A stretch of 64,000 nucleotides of DNA from Thermoproteota archaeon (GTDB lineage: Archaea; Korarchaeota; Korarchaeia; Korarchaeales; Korarchaeaceae). The first letter of the stretch is position 1. Each line of letters begins with the position of its first letter. Below, piece by piece: positions 1-8,997 of this stretch. Made by a program: the position numbers and the translations under genes. The stretch spans positions 32,001-96,000 of the forward strand of contig WALU01000032.1 of the NCBI GenBank assembly GCA_015522685.1, read 5' to 3'. The notes beneath the pieces were generated by a model. It was not told the origin of the DNA and did not search any database. It saw nothing but the letters and a program-made list of their open reading frames with translations.

Positions 1-473
1 ACATAGGCCTTCTTTCCAATCAACTCAATGAAAATTTCTTGGTTAGGGTTTGTGAGGTCCACAGGTCTACCTATCTGCTCCTTAATTACCGAACCAACAA
101 GCCTAGCGGTCTCTATTGATGTCAAAGGAAAATTCTTTGTGATTCTCCGCACCCTAACAGCGAAACTTCCTCGTTCCTTTGCAGCTATTGATAGTGAAGC
201 TTTTTTTAGTTCCTCAATATCCGCTTCGGTTTCCAATGTAGGACTATAAGACTTAACTCCAAATACTAATTTAGTCACTTCCCTTACTTTAGGGTCCGAT
301 GTATAAACAACGATCCTACTAGCTCTTTTCAATACTTGTATGAAGTTGACTCCTTCGCTCCTATAAGCCTTCTCTAAATTCTTAATTAGCCTCTTCTCCA
401 TCTCTCTCCTAACTTGAGAGCTCTTAAGTCCTATCTCAGAATATCTAACTATCAATGAATTAAAATTTTCCAC
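1..473 (-). CDS. thiI: tRNA sulfurtransferase ThiI-like, N-terminal ferredoxin-like/THUMP part (runs off window edge)
   Basis: Manual translation from GTG at 473 (GGTGA RBS upstream): VRYSEIGLKS...FGVKSYSP...SFAVRVRR...VDLTNP. Not in ORF track; catalytic domain lies outside the window. Confidence 0.75.
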   Translation of the reverse strand, partial: MENFNSLIVRYSEIGLKSSQVRREMEKRLIKNLEKAYRSEGVNFIQVLKRASRIVVYTSDPKVREVTKLVFGVKSYSPTLETEADIEELKKASLSIAAKERGSFAVRVRRITKNFPLTSIETARLVGSVIKEQIGRPVDLTNPNQEIFIELIGKKAY

Positions 474-518
474 AAATCTCACCGGGCAACCTTATAGCTC
501 TCACCAAAAACAATATCG

Positions 519-2741
519 TTGAGTGAAATGTCGGGGATTTATTATCATCTCGAAGATTTAGATGAAGCTATTGAGATATGGTTTAGCGGTGGGGCTAGTA
601 GAAAGATGAGATATAAACCGTACTTCTACACATTCCCTGATGAGGAAAATAAAGTTTCTGGATTTATAGATAAAGAAAGGGTTCGGGTAAAGGTACTTGG
701 TGTGGATAAAGAGCTAGTAAAGTTCAGCTTTTTGGATGATAAATCGAGAAAGAAGGCAGCTAAGAAAGTAAAGAGGCCCTTTAATCTGGAAATATCTCCA
801 TGGTTTCAGCTAATTATAGATAAAGGATTAGTACCTTTCAGTGAATTAGATGAGGATCTAAAGCCAGTAGGGCCGCTGAGAGGCCAGGAAGAGATAAAGA
901 AGCTCTTCTTCTCAGGGCTCATATACAGTGAGGACGGCTTCCCATTGGAAGGAAAAAGCCCAGTAGTAGCTATAGCTTATGCAATAGAGGATGGTCCGAT
1001 AGAGATAATATCAACTAAAGATGGGGATGATAAAAAGATCATCGAAGAGTTCGTCTCATTAATCAAAAAGGAAGATCCAGATGCCCTAGCTGGGTACGGT
1101 CACGATGTTGATGAACTCAAGCATTTAAAGGCGAGGTCTCAATATCATGGAATTAAATTGGCTATAGGAAGGGATGGATCTGAGCCTAATGAGACGGGAA
1201 GGTTCTTTAGAGGAACTATCTTAGTGGAGAATAGAATAAAAGGGAGAGCCAACTTAGATATGTTCCCCATTGCTTGGAGAGATTTTCCTCAATTACCAGA
1301 AAGAACGTGGTATGAGCTGGCCGATAAGATAGGGGTAAGGAGACCAAAAGCTCTCATGAAATTCAGAATTGCAGAGGTCTGGAAATCTGATGAAGACAGA
1401 GCACTGGCTTATCTAAAGGGGAAGCTTTCTACGATTAGAGAAATATATGGGAAGATTATGGGTCACCAAGTAGAGCTATCTAAACTTACTTTGAGGCCCA
1501 TTCATAGACTCATAAGAACTCCGGTTGGTGAAATTGTGGAATCATATATACTTAAGGAGGCTAAGAAGGTGGGGTGGGTTTTCTCTGCTAAGGAACCACA
1601 TAAGGAGAGCGGCTATGTCGGAGGGTATGTTTGGTTGAGATCTCCAGGACTATACGAGGAGATGGGCTATTGGGATTTTGCAAGCATGTATCCATCCATA
1701 ATGGCGTATCATAACATAAGCTTTGAGACGGTTAATCCTCCTCCTAGACTCTGTGATAGTGCTGAGAAGATAGAGGTGGAAGGGGTCTCAGCTGAGGTAT
1801 GTCAAAACATTAGGGGTCTAATTCCGGTGCTAGTCACGAAATTAATGAAGGAAAGATCTAAAATAAAAAATCAAATGAAGAATTTATCAGCGGACAGTCC
1901 AGAATACAAGAGGCTTGATTCAATTCAAAGAGCTGTTAAGGTAGTCACTAATGCGATGTATGGGTATATGGGCTGGGCTAATGCTCTTCTAATGAATCTA
2001 GATGCAGCGAGATTGACTTCGGCTTTAGGGAGATATTACATTAAGAGGGTAAAGAAATATGCAGAGGGAAAAGGCCTAACAACGATATACATAGATACAG
2101 ATGGCATCCAACTAATAGGAGGAAATCCAGAGGTTTATACATCGCTTCTCGAGGAGATAAATGAGAAATTACCAATAAGACTTGAGTTAGAATATATTGC
2201 GGAGAAGGGCCTCTATCTTGCGAAGAAGAAGTACGCTCATCTAGTTAATGGTAAATTAGTGGCTAAGGGGTTCGAGTTCGTTAGAAGAGACTATCCTAGC
2301 ATAATCAAAGAAGCCCAGAAAAAAGTAGTAGAGATGGCTCTAAATGGCAAAAGCTTAGAGGAGATAAAGAAGGAGATCAATAGTTTCAGAAATAAAATAG
2401 TAAATAAGCAGATAGAAAAAGAGGATCTTATAATAATGGAGACTATGGGGAAGGAGCTCGAGAGATTCGAGAGGAAAACAAAGGGATTCTATGCTGCTAC
2501 ATGGCTCTCGGATAAGAAAGGCATAGAGGTACATAGAGGTCAGGTACTCAGAATACTCATAATAAAGGGGCTAGGAAATGTTAATGAGAGAGCAAGACCT
2601 GCTGCTTTCTTCGATATAGATAATTTGGATTTAGGATATTACATTAGGCTATTCGATCAAGTTATGGAAAGGACTATATCATCGCTAAAGAAGGTAGGAA
2701 TATCAGAGAAGGAAGTAAAGGGGCTTGAAGAGTGGTTCTAA
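519..2741 (+). CDS. polB: Family B DNA polymerase, PolB3-like, degenerate 3'-5' exonuclease
   Basis: Polymerase motifs DFASMYPS, KVVTNAMYGY, YIDTDG, KKY, KGFEFVRRD; C-terminal PIP-like GLEEWF; Exo I-III acidic residues missing. Confidence 0.92.
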   Translation: MSEMSGIYYHLEDLDEAIEIWFSGGASRKMRYKPYFYTFPDEENKVSGFIDKERVRVKVLGVDKELVKFSFLDDKSRKKAAKKVKRPFNLEISPWFQLIIDKGLVPFSELDEDLKPVGPLRGQEEIKKLFFSGLIYSEDGFPLEGKSPVVAIAYAIEDGPIEIISTKDGDDKKIIEEFVSLIKKEDPDALAGYGHDVDELKHLKARSQYHGIKLAIGRDGSEPNETGRFFRGTILVENRIKGRANLDMFPIAWRDFPQLPERTWYELADKIGVRRPKALMKFRIAEVWKSDEDRALAYLKGKLSTIREIYGKIMGHQVELSKLTLRPIHRLIRTPVGEIVESYILKEAKKVGWVFSAKEPHKESGYVGGYVWLRSPGLYEEMGYWDFASMYPSIMAYHNISFETVNPPPRLCDSAEKIEVEGVSAEVCQNIRGLIPVLVTKLMKERSKIKNQMKNLSADSPEYKRLDSIQRAVKVVTNAMYGYMGWANALLMNLDAARLTSALGRYYIKRVKKYAEGKGLTTIYIDTDGIQLIGGNPEVYTSLLEEINEKLPIRLELEYIAEKGLYLAKKKYAHLVNGKLVAKGFEFVRRDYPSIIKEAQKKVVEMALNGKSLEEIKKEINSFRNKIVNKQIEKEDLIIMETMGKELERFERKTKGFYAATWLSDKKGIEVHRGQVLRILIIKGLGNVNERARPAAFFDIDNLDLGYYIRLFDQVMERTISSLKKVGISEKEVKGLEEWF

Positions 2742-2744
2742 CCC

Positions 2745-3086
2745 CTAAACCTTTAAGAATTTGAGAGGTAACTTAGAAGATTTCTTTTTTCTGTAAGGTC
2801 TATTTAGAGGGACGGCTACACGCCTTTCCTCCTCAGCTCTCGGTTTCACAATACCCAGATATACTGCGCAGCTTATACAGTAATATCTAGTCTCAAGCCT
2901 CTTTGATATGTACGCCCCCTGCCTCTCTAGGTCCTTACCTAAACTTCCGCCTACAGGAGAGACCCATCTAGTTACTTTCACTGCTTTATCGGCGGGTATC
3001 GCTCTTCCACACTGATAGCATTGAACTATCCTCTCATGACCAGAACCACCTAGCTTCCTACCTCTGTTCTTTCTTTTTTTTGGCAT
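2745..3086 (-). CDS. rps26e: 30S ribosomal protein S26e
   Basis: MPKKRKNRGR...CYQC...PADKA...YCISCA; start trimmed to MPKK. Confidence 0.95.
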   Translation of the reverse strand: MPKKRKNRGRKLGGSGHERIVQCYQCGRAIPADKAVKVTRWVSPVGGSLGKDLERQGAYISKRLETRYYCISCAVYLGIVKPRAEEERRVAVPLNRPYRKKKSSKLPLKFLKV

Positions 3087-3214
3087 ATATTTCCCCGGAT
3101 GGTCTAACATATGGGCGAAAATAAAGGTTTGCTTTGATAGTCTGGGGTCATCTAAACCTAAAGGCCGCTGAAAATCTCAAAATATACTACGATATAATAA
3201 TGAATTGAAGGAAA

Positions 3215-4654
3215 TTAATATGATCTACCTATCCAAGCTTTATGTTTTGCTTTTCTACCACAGATAATACACTTCTCTCCTGAATCAACGAGGGTATTCT
3301 CCTCATATCCAAGTATGCTGTAACCAACTTTCTCCTCAACTTCATGGCCGCATTCATCCAGCCCGCACCAAGCAAAGGATATCATCTTATCTCCGATATT
3401 CTTCTTTATCCCTTCTATACTAGTAACATGAACAGTCCTCTTGTTAAAGTAATCCTCAGCCTGAGATCTCATGCTGTCTTCTATATCCCTGAAAATGCTA
3501 CTGAGAGATTCTACGATGTCATCGGCTGAAATCTTTACTCTTTCCATGGAATCTCTCCTAGAAATTGTCAGCGTCCTCTCTTTATATTCCTTCTTTCCTA
3601 TTTCTATCCTAATAGGTACACCTTTCATTTCCCACTTATAGAACTTGTATCCAGGTCTGTCCTCACTATCATCTAGAAATACTCTAAACTCTTTAGATAA
3701 GGTATCCGATACCTCCCTACAGTACTCATTTATCTTCTCTTCATACCCCTTAGATACTATTGGTATGATGACTATTTGAATTGGAGCTAGCTTAGGTGGT
3801 AGCTTTAATCCCCTATTATCTCCATGTATTGATACTAGAGCTGCAAGAGACCTCTCAGAGATGCCAAAGGAAGTCGTATTAACATGCTTCTTCTCTCCAT
3901 TCTTATCCATGTATTCGAGACTATATGCCTTAGCAAATAGATCTCCAAAGTTTATCACACTACCTAGCTCTAATGCCTTGCCATCGGGCATTATAGTTAA
4001 GATATCATAATTATACTTAGCTCCTGGAAAAGTATCCCAAGGAGTTGTTTTAACTATGACATAAGGAACCAGCAACTCATCGTAGAACTTTTTATATATT
4101 CTAATACCCAGTTCAACCTGCTTGACTGCATCTTCATAGGTAGCATGGAATGTATGACCCTCTTTGAAGAATGCAATTTCCCTAACCCTAAGCATAGGTC
4201 TTGTTGCCTTTGTCTCATACCTGTATACAGGTACTATCTGATAGATCCTGAGCGGTAGATCCTTATAACTCGTTATCCATCTATTTAATACCTCATACAT
4301 TATAGCCTCGCTAGTAGGTCTCAAAGCCAACTTCTCTTCTATATTTTGCCTTCCTAGCTTAGTGATCCAGTATATAGAGTCCTCAAAACCTTTTATAAAC
4401 TTAAATTCTCTTCCTAACACCCTTTCCGGGACTACACCAGGGAAGTAGACTCTTTTATGTCCAGTATCCCTCATTAGTCGCTCCATTATATCCATTACAT
4501 TTTCTATTAGTTCATATCCGAAAGGTAGCCATATATACATACCCTTTATAGGATACTTCTCATCTAAGATCTCAGCTTTGAAGAGAACTTCATCGAACCA
4601 ACGGGAGAAGTTTTCTTCTTTAGGCGTAAGTTCGAAGGCTTCTCTTCCCGACAT
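3215..4654 (-). CDS. proS: Proline--tRNA ligase
   Basis: LRPTSE, YRYETKATRPMLRVRE, GISER, PGYKFYKWEMKGVP, C-terminal Zn site. Confidence 0.97.
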   Translation of the reverse strand: MSGREAFELTPKEENFSRWFDEVLFKAEILDEKYPIKGMYIWLPFGYELIENVMDIMERLMRDTGHKRVYFPGVVPERVLGREFKFIKGFEDSIYWITKLGRQNIEEKLALRPTSEAIMYEVLNRWITSYKDLPLRIYQIVPVYRYETKATRPMLRVREIAFFKEGHTFHATYEDAVKQVELGIRIYKKFYDELLVPYVIVKTTPWDTFPGAKYNYDILTIMPDGKALELGSVINFGDLFAKAYSLEYMDKNGEKKHVNTTSFGISERSLAALVSIHGDNRGLKLPPKLAPIQIVIIPIVSKGYEEKINEYCREVSDTLSKEFRVFLDDSEDRPGYKFYKWEMKGVPIRIEIGKKEYKERTLTISRRDSMERVKISADDIVESLSSIFRDIEDSMRSQAEDYFNKRTVHVTSIEGIKKNIGDKMISFAWCGLDECGHEVEEKVGYSILGYEENTLVDSGEKCIICGRKAKHKAWIGRSY

Positions 4655-4697
4655 AATACTCCCTCACTGGAAAGGTCCCAACTTTCCCTGATTAGTC

Positions 4698-5393
4698 CTA
4701 TCTAAAAACTATGCCTATTGACTTCAGAAGATCAATCCTTTCAAGAGATCTTAAAAAGTTAAATCTAGCTCCAGGAATGGCCTCTTCTAGCTTTAAAATC
4801 ATACTTAAATATCGGTTTTTTGATATATAATCTAGTATATCTTCTACATTATCAATCTTATTGGTTAGGAGAGCCCATGCTTCCTCAATGGGAATTCCAA
4901 CAAATGGTATAATAGTCCTATCAATCTCTCTCATAGCTAAGAATACTCTTCCCTTTGCAATAAAAATGCTAGGAGATCCTTGAAAGATGAACTTAAGGAA
5001 AAGGGCTACGACATCATCTAGAACAAGAGGGATTACCAGTTTTTTCCCTTTATGGGACTCTTCGACTGTTTCATAAAGAGAATTCCATAGACCTTCGGAC
5101 GTCTCTACATCTACATATGTGGATTCTACTGTAACAGGAAATTCAGATTCCATTTCCTGAAAAAGCTCCCATAGAACACTATCATAAGGAAGCCCCGTTC
5201 TAATATATAAGAGCCTATCTCTCCTTGTTAATAAGCCATATTTGCTGACAGATCTTCTCATTCTTGATAGAAGAGAATTTCTCAAACAATTACGACATAA
5301 AGCTTCTCCTGAATATTTTCTAACTAAAATTACCTCCTTAGAGCCGCATCTGCTGCACCTGAGTTCCTTTTTATTATCCTCTTCACTTATCAT
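4698..5393 (-). CDS. TtuA/Ncs6 (PP-loop tRNA thiolase)-like protein, catalytically degenerate
   Basis: N-terminal CSRC...YSGEALCRNC Zn finger typical of TtuA; SGGKDS replaced by TGLPYDS; GHNLDD replaced by PLVLDD; no internal CxxC. Confidence 0.6.
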   Translation of the reverse strand: MISEEDNKKELRCSRCGSKEVILVRKYSGEALCRNCLRNSLLSRMRRSVSKYGLLTRRDRLLYIRTGLPYDSVLWELFQEMESEFPVTVESTYVDVETSEGLWNSLYETVEESHKGKKLVIPLVLDDVVALFLKFIFQGSPSIFIAKGRVFLAMREIDRTIIPFVGIPIEEAWALLTNKIDNVEDILDYISKNRYLSMILKLEEAIPGARFNFLRSLERIDLLKSIGIVFR

Positions 5394-5410
5394 ACGATTG
5401 ATCTCTACCT

Positions 5411-6100
5411 TGCTTGATATAAAACCAGAGGTTAAGGTCTTCTATAGCCTAAAAGATGGAAAATACTGACTAAAAAGAGAGATAGAGCAAAATTTATCCT
5501 TAAGGTTCTAGAAGAAATTAGCATAACTGCCTATGTATGTATATGGTAGCGTGGCAAGAGGGGGAGGTTCATCAAAGGACGATATATATGATAGTTATGG
5601 AGTCTACGCTACCTCTTTCTCTTTTCGAGAAAACTCTATCTAAACACTTAGATAATCCTATTTTTCGAGGGATAATTTAAGCTACCTTACATAGCACCAA
5701 AAAATACTATACTAGCATACATTTCGATAAGGTGACAGTATCCTCTCCTGCTGGTAAATTAAGGGAGAAAAAAGGAAGAGTTCTATAAATTCAGCGATAA
5801 AGTAAGCCTAGATGAGCTTATAACTAATATTAGAGTTCTAAGAGTAAATAAGAAAGTAAGGTTAATGGTACCTAACAAAAAAGGTCACCTAGAATATCTA
5901 ATTAGGGAATATAAGGAGATCATAGCTAAGGTACTGGAGTGCTAAGAAGGAGCTGATAGAGGAAAGGGTGAAAGTACCGATCAAGAGGCGCACTATGGAA
6001 TGGCGGAGCTTTTCTAGGCTATTACCTTACGCTTAGAGAAATCTTTGAAGAAACCGCATTAAGGCATAGGAGGTTAAAAGTTTAGAAAGAGATTAAGTAA
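5411..6100 (+). pseudogene. Degraded archaeal Pol-beta-type nucleotidyltransferase (COG2413-like)
   Basis: Fragments in several frames: WKILTKKRDRA, YVYGSVARG, ELYKF, RVLRVNKKVRLMVP..KGH, IIAKVL; several stops and frameshifts. Boundaries approximate. Confidence 0.7.
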
Positions 6101-6109
6101 GAATTCTCT

Positions 6110-7195
6110 TTAATCAGATACTTGAAACCTAAGCCTAGCAGCAATACCTCCTAGTGAAGCTAGTTTTTCCCCAGGTTCGCTCTCCGTGTCTATTATATGA
6201 AACTTAGCTCTAATCCTCTCGCATTTCTCCAGAAGTCGGAGAGTTTCCTCCCTAGTTTTTGGATTAAAGAGGAGAGAACTAACTACCAAGACCTCCTCTA
6301 CAGCACCATATCCTACAGCCTTTCTCACCTCACCAAATCCATAAGTGACTAACCTAGAATTTTTAGCTAGCAACTCAAAAATTTTCTCTACGGATTCCAT
6401 GTCATGAGATAAAGTAAACTCTTTCGTCACTTTCTCCACATCTCCTCTTTTTATCATTTCCAATATACCAGAAAATGTTGAACTGCTTGCTCTTCCCAGT
6501 CGCATCTTCTCTGAGATCTTGGGCTTTTTTTCTCTAATATAAGAGAGAAACTTATCTTTAATGTATCCAGGTCCTCCAATTATTATAGCCTCAGGATTAA
6601 TCCTAGAGTTTAATTCATCGACTAAGTTAGATAGATCATTATAATATCTTCTTTCAGAATCCTCCCTCCTCCTCACGTCATCTCTCTTGGGTGGAAGATT
6701 GGATCTAACATAAGCAATTTCTTTCGCTCTGTAAGCGTCCAATTTCGCTACTGTAGCACCTTCATCATCCATCGCTACTAGGAGGATACTCCCTTTTTTT
6801 GAGTATTCCCTAGCTCTCTTCAGGATATCTAGATGAAGTTTGTTCCAATTTCTCTTCTCAATTTTTATTATTGAGCCCTCCATGACGTTGAGAGTATGAT
6901 GCTGGCCTTGAATTCCAAATCTATCTGGTCCTATTCTTACAATACCGGTCACTCTGAGCCTCTCAGAATACTGATCTATCTTTATCTTCTCTACCTCCAG
7001 TGTTAAGGTCATTGTAATTCTCTCTCCACTATCAGCCCTAATGCCTTCTTGCTTGATCCTTCGAGTAGTTCTCATTGTTACTAGGTCTCCAGGCTCCAAA
7101 ATAGATAGAAGCCAATATAGATCATCTAAATTACCTACCTTAAGCTTAATAAATCCCTTTTTCAGATTTTGCTCCAAAATCTTCAACAGGAGCAC
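6110..7195 (-). CDS. pelA: mRNA surveillance protein Pelota
   Basis: NLDDLYWL..ILEPGD, RLRVTG, GQHHTL, GPGYIK, YGAVEEVL, LGGIAARLRF. Confidence 0.96.
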   Translation of the reverse strand: MLLLKILEQNLKKGFIKLKVGNLDDLYWLLSILEPGDLVTMRTTRRIKQEGIRADSGERITMTLTLEVEKIKIDQYSERLRVTGIVRIGPDRFGIQGQHHTLNVMEGSIIKIEKRNWNKLHLDILKRAREYSKKGSILLVAMDDEGATVAKLDAYRAKEIAYVRSNLPPKRDDVRRREDSERRYYNDLSNLVDELNSRINPEAIIIGGPGYIKDKFLSYIREKKPKISEKMRLGRASSSTFSGILEMIKRGDVEKVTKEFTLSHDMESVEKIFELLAKNSRLVTYGFGEVRKAVGYGAVEEVLVVSSLLFNPKTREETLRLLEKCERIRAKFHIIDTESEPGEKLASLGGIAARLRFQVSD

Positions 7196-8407
7196 CTACT
7201 GAACAGTATAGATCGCTATTCCAGTGGGCCTTCTAACTATATTCTTAGCGAGACCTCCAACTATCGCCCTTACCCCGACCTCATAGGACTTATCCACAAT
7301 CCTTTGCGTTATTATCCTATCATAAACTATATATCTAACTTCCTTTAGGCTATTAAGCTCATCAAGTAAATCACCTACTAAGATTTCCTTAATTATGTGG
7401 AGATTGTCATCAATCAAAAGCACCTTATCCGTACCTTTAATCTTGGAGTAGTGCTCCCTAAACATCTCTGGTATTCTAGCGAGTCTCTCATCTCCCTCTG
7501 CTATCTTCTTTTGGGTGGTAATGACCGGTGCCTCTTCTTTAGGAGGAGAGATTCCTAATTCTCTTCTAACATCATCTACTGGAACGGCTGAGGATAGTGT
7601 TCTCCTTACCTCCTTAGCTGTCATTTCTTCTACAACCTTACCCTCAGGAGCTCTAGCTACGTAATCTATATCTGTTTGTTCGAGTAGTGTCCTCAAAACC
7701 ATTTCTCCGCCTCTATCCCCATCAACGAAAGCAATTGCTTCCTTCTCTGAGATGAGCTTAATTAAAGATTTAGGAACTTTTTCTACCGCTCCTCCCATGG
7801 CTATGACGTTATCGTACCCATACTTTAGGAGGTTCATTACATCCGCTCTTCCCTCGACGACTATTATCTCTTCAGCATCCTCTACTCCTCTTGCAGCAGG
7901 CAGTTCCTCACCTCCATAGAGTATAAAATTAGACTTGGCGCTTTCTCTTTGGACAAATTCTATTAACTTTCTAAAGTTATCCTCCCTCTCTACGGACCAT
8001 TTCCTTAAAATTTCAGCAGCTCTCTTTGCCACATCATTTCTCCTTTCTTCCCTATCATCTAATATCCTCATAAGTCTGAATTTAGCTGGATAAGGACCAA
8101 CCTTATCTACTGTCTCCATAGCTGCCGCTAATAATGCTGTTCTAACTTTATCAAGACCTGAATAAAGTTCTACAATTCCTCTTGATCTATCACCTTCTCT
8201 CCTCATCCTAATGTTTATTCTCCCGATTTTACCCGTTCTCTGGAGTTCCTTAAGCTCTAATTCTGGACCTAAGAGCCCTTCTAGCTGACCGAAGATGGCA
8301 CCTATTACATCGCTTGTTTCGACTATACCATTAACTAGAACCTCCAATTTGGCTATATATTTATGATGAAAACTATCCTTTCTCAAATTATCAGCCAAAT
8401 TAATCAT
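7196..8407 (-). CDS. dnaG: Archaeal DnaG (TOPRIM; exosome-associated)
   Basis: DVIGAIFGQLEGLLG, LQRTGKIGRI, VVEGRADV, FVDGDRGG. Confidence 0.96.
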   Translation of the reverse strand: MINLADNLRKDSFHHKYIAKLEVLVNGIVETSDVIGAIFGQLEGLLGPELELKELQRTGKIGRINIRMRREGDRSRGIVELYSGLDKVRTALLAAAMETVDKVGPYPAKFRLMRILDDREERRNDVAKRAAEILRKWSVEREDNFRKLIEFVQRESAKSNFILYGGEELPAARGVEDAEEIIVVEGRADVMNLLKYGYDNVIAMGGAVEKVPKSLIKLISEKEAIAFVDGDRGGEMVLRTLLEQTDIDYVARAPEGKVVEEMTAKEVRRTLSSAVPVDDVRRELGISPPKEEAPVITTQKKIAEGDERLARIPEMFREHYSKIKGTDKVLLIDDNLHIIKEILVGDLLDELNSLKEVRYIVYDRIITQRIVDKSYEVGVRAIVGGLAKNIVRRPTGIAIYTVQ

Positions 8408-8422
8408 CCTCCCATTAGATAA

Positions 8423-8510
8423 TGTCCACCTGCCAACTAATCCCCACAGGTCATCGATCAGCCCACGCTTTCCTCCCTACCTGCGGGGTCATTCGGTGAC
8501 AGGTGGCCAT
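8423..8510 (-). ncRNA. Structured GC-rich element upstream of dnaG (leader or H/ACA-like sRNA candidate)
   Basis: Nested stems 8426-8435/8497-8506 and 8442-8451/8479-8488, followed directly by ACA on the minus strand; TATA-like ATTATATTT about 25 nt upstream. Confidence 0.5.
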
Positions 8511-8568
8511 TATACGACACTTGCCGCAAATATAATCTCTTCGGTTCATCCATGTCATCCTCAAAGTC

Positions 8569-8590
8569 CCTCTAATTAGCTAATTAGAGG
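8569..8590. promoter_or_regulatory. Perfect 22-bp palindrome CCTCTAATTAGCTAATTAGAGG
   Basis: Directly visible in the divergent dnaG/rps17e intergenic region; function inferred only. Confidence 0.4.
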
Positions 8591-8699
8591 AAAAGAGTTC
8601 ACTAGCTGTTCTCTAGAGAATGAACTAGCCAGTTTCTAGCTTACTGCTTATGTATCTAAAGATTTAAAATAGGAAGCTATCTTGCTACATAGATCTACA

Positions 8700-8903
8700 A
8701 TGGGAACTGTCAGAGAGAAGATAATAAAGAGAACGGCCTATAAGCTAGTGAAAAGTTATCCTGATCTATGGACTGAAGATTTCGAATATAATAAGGGAGT
8801 GCTGTCTCAAATAGCTGAAATAAAATCAAAGGTATATAGAAACAGAATAGCTGGATATATAACACGGCTGAAGGTGCGAGAAAGAGAAGGGACCTTAGTA
8901 TGA
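8700..8903 (+). CDS. rps17e: 30S ribosomal protein S17e
   Basis: MGTVR..IKR...DFEYNK...SKVYRNRIAGYIT. Confidence 0.95.
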   Translation: MGTVREKIIKRTAYKLVKSYPDLWTEDFEYNKGVLSQIAEIKSKVYRNRIAGYITRLKVREREGTLV

Positions 8904-8997
8904 ACTCTCTAGTGCTTTTTAAATTCTATTTCAATAAATTTCGATCTTTTCAATACTACTATTTTTAGAAGTTTATCGCTATATTGAACAGGTAAAA

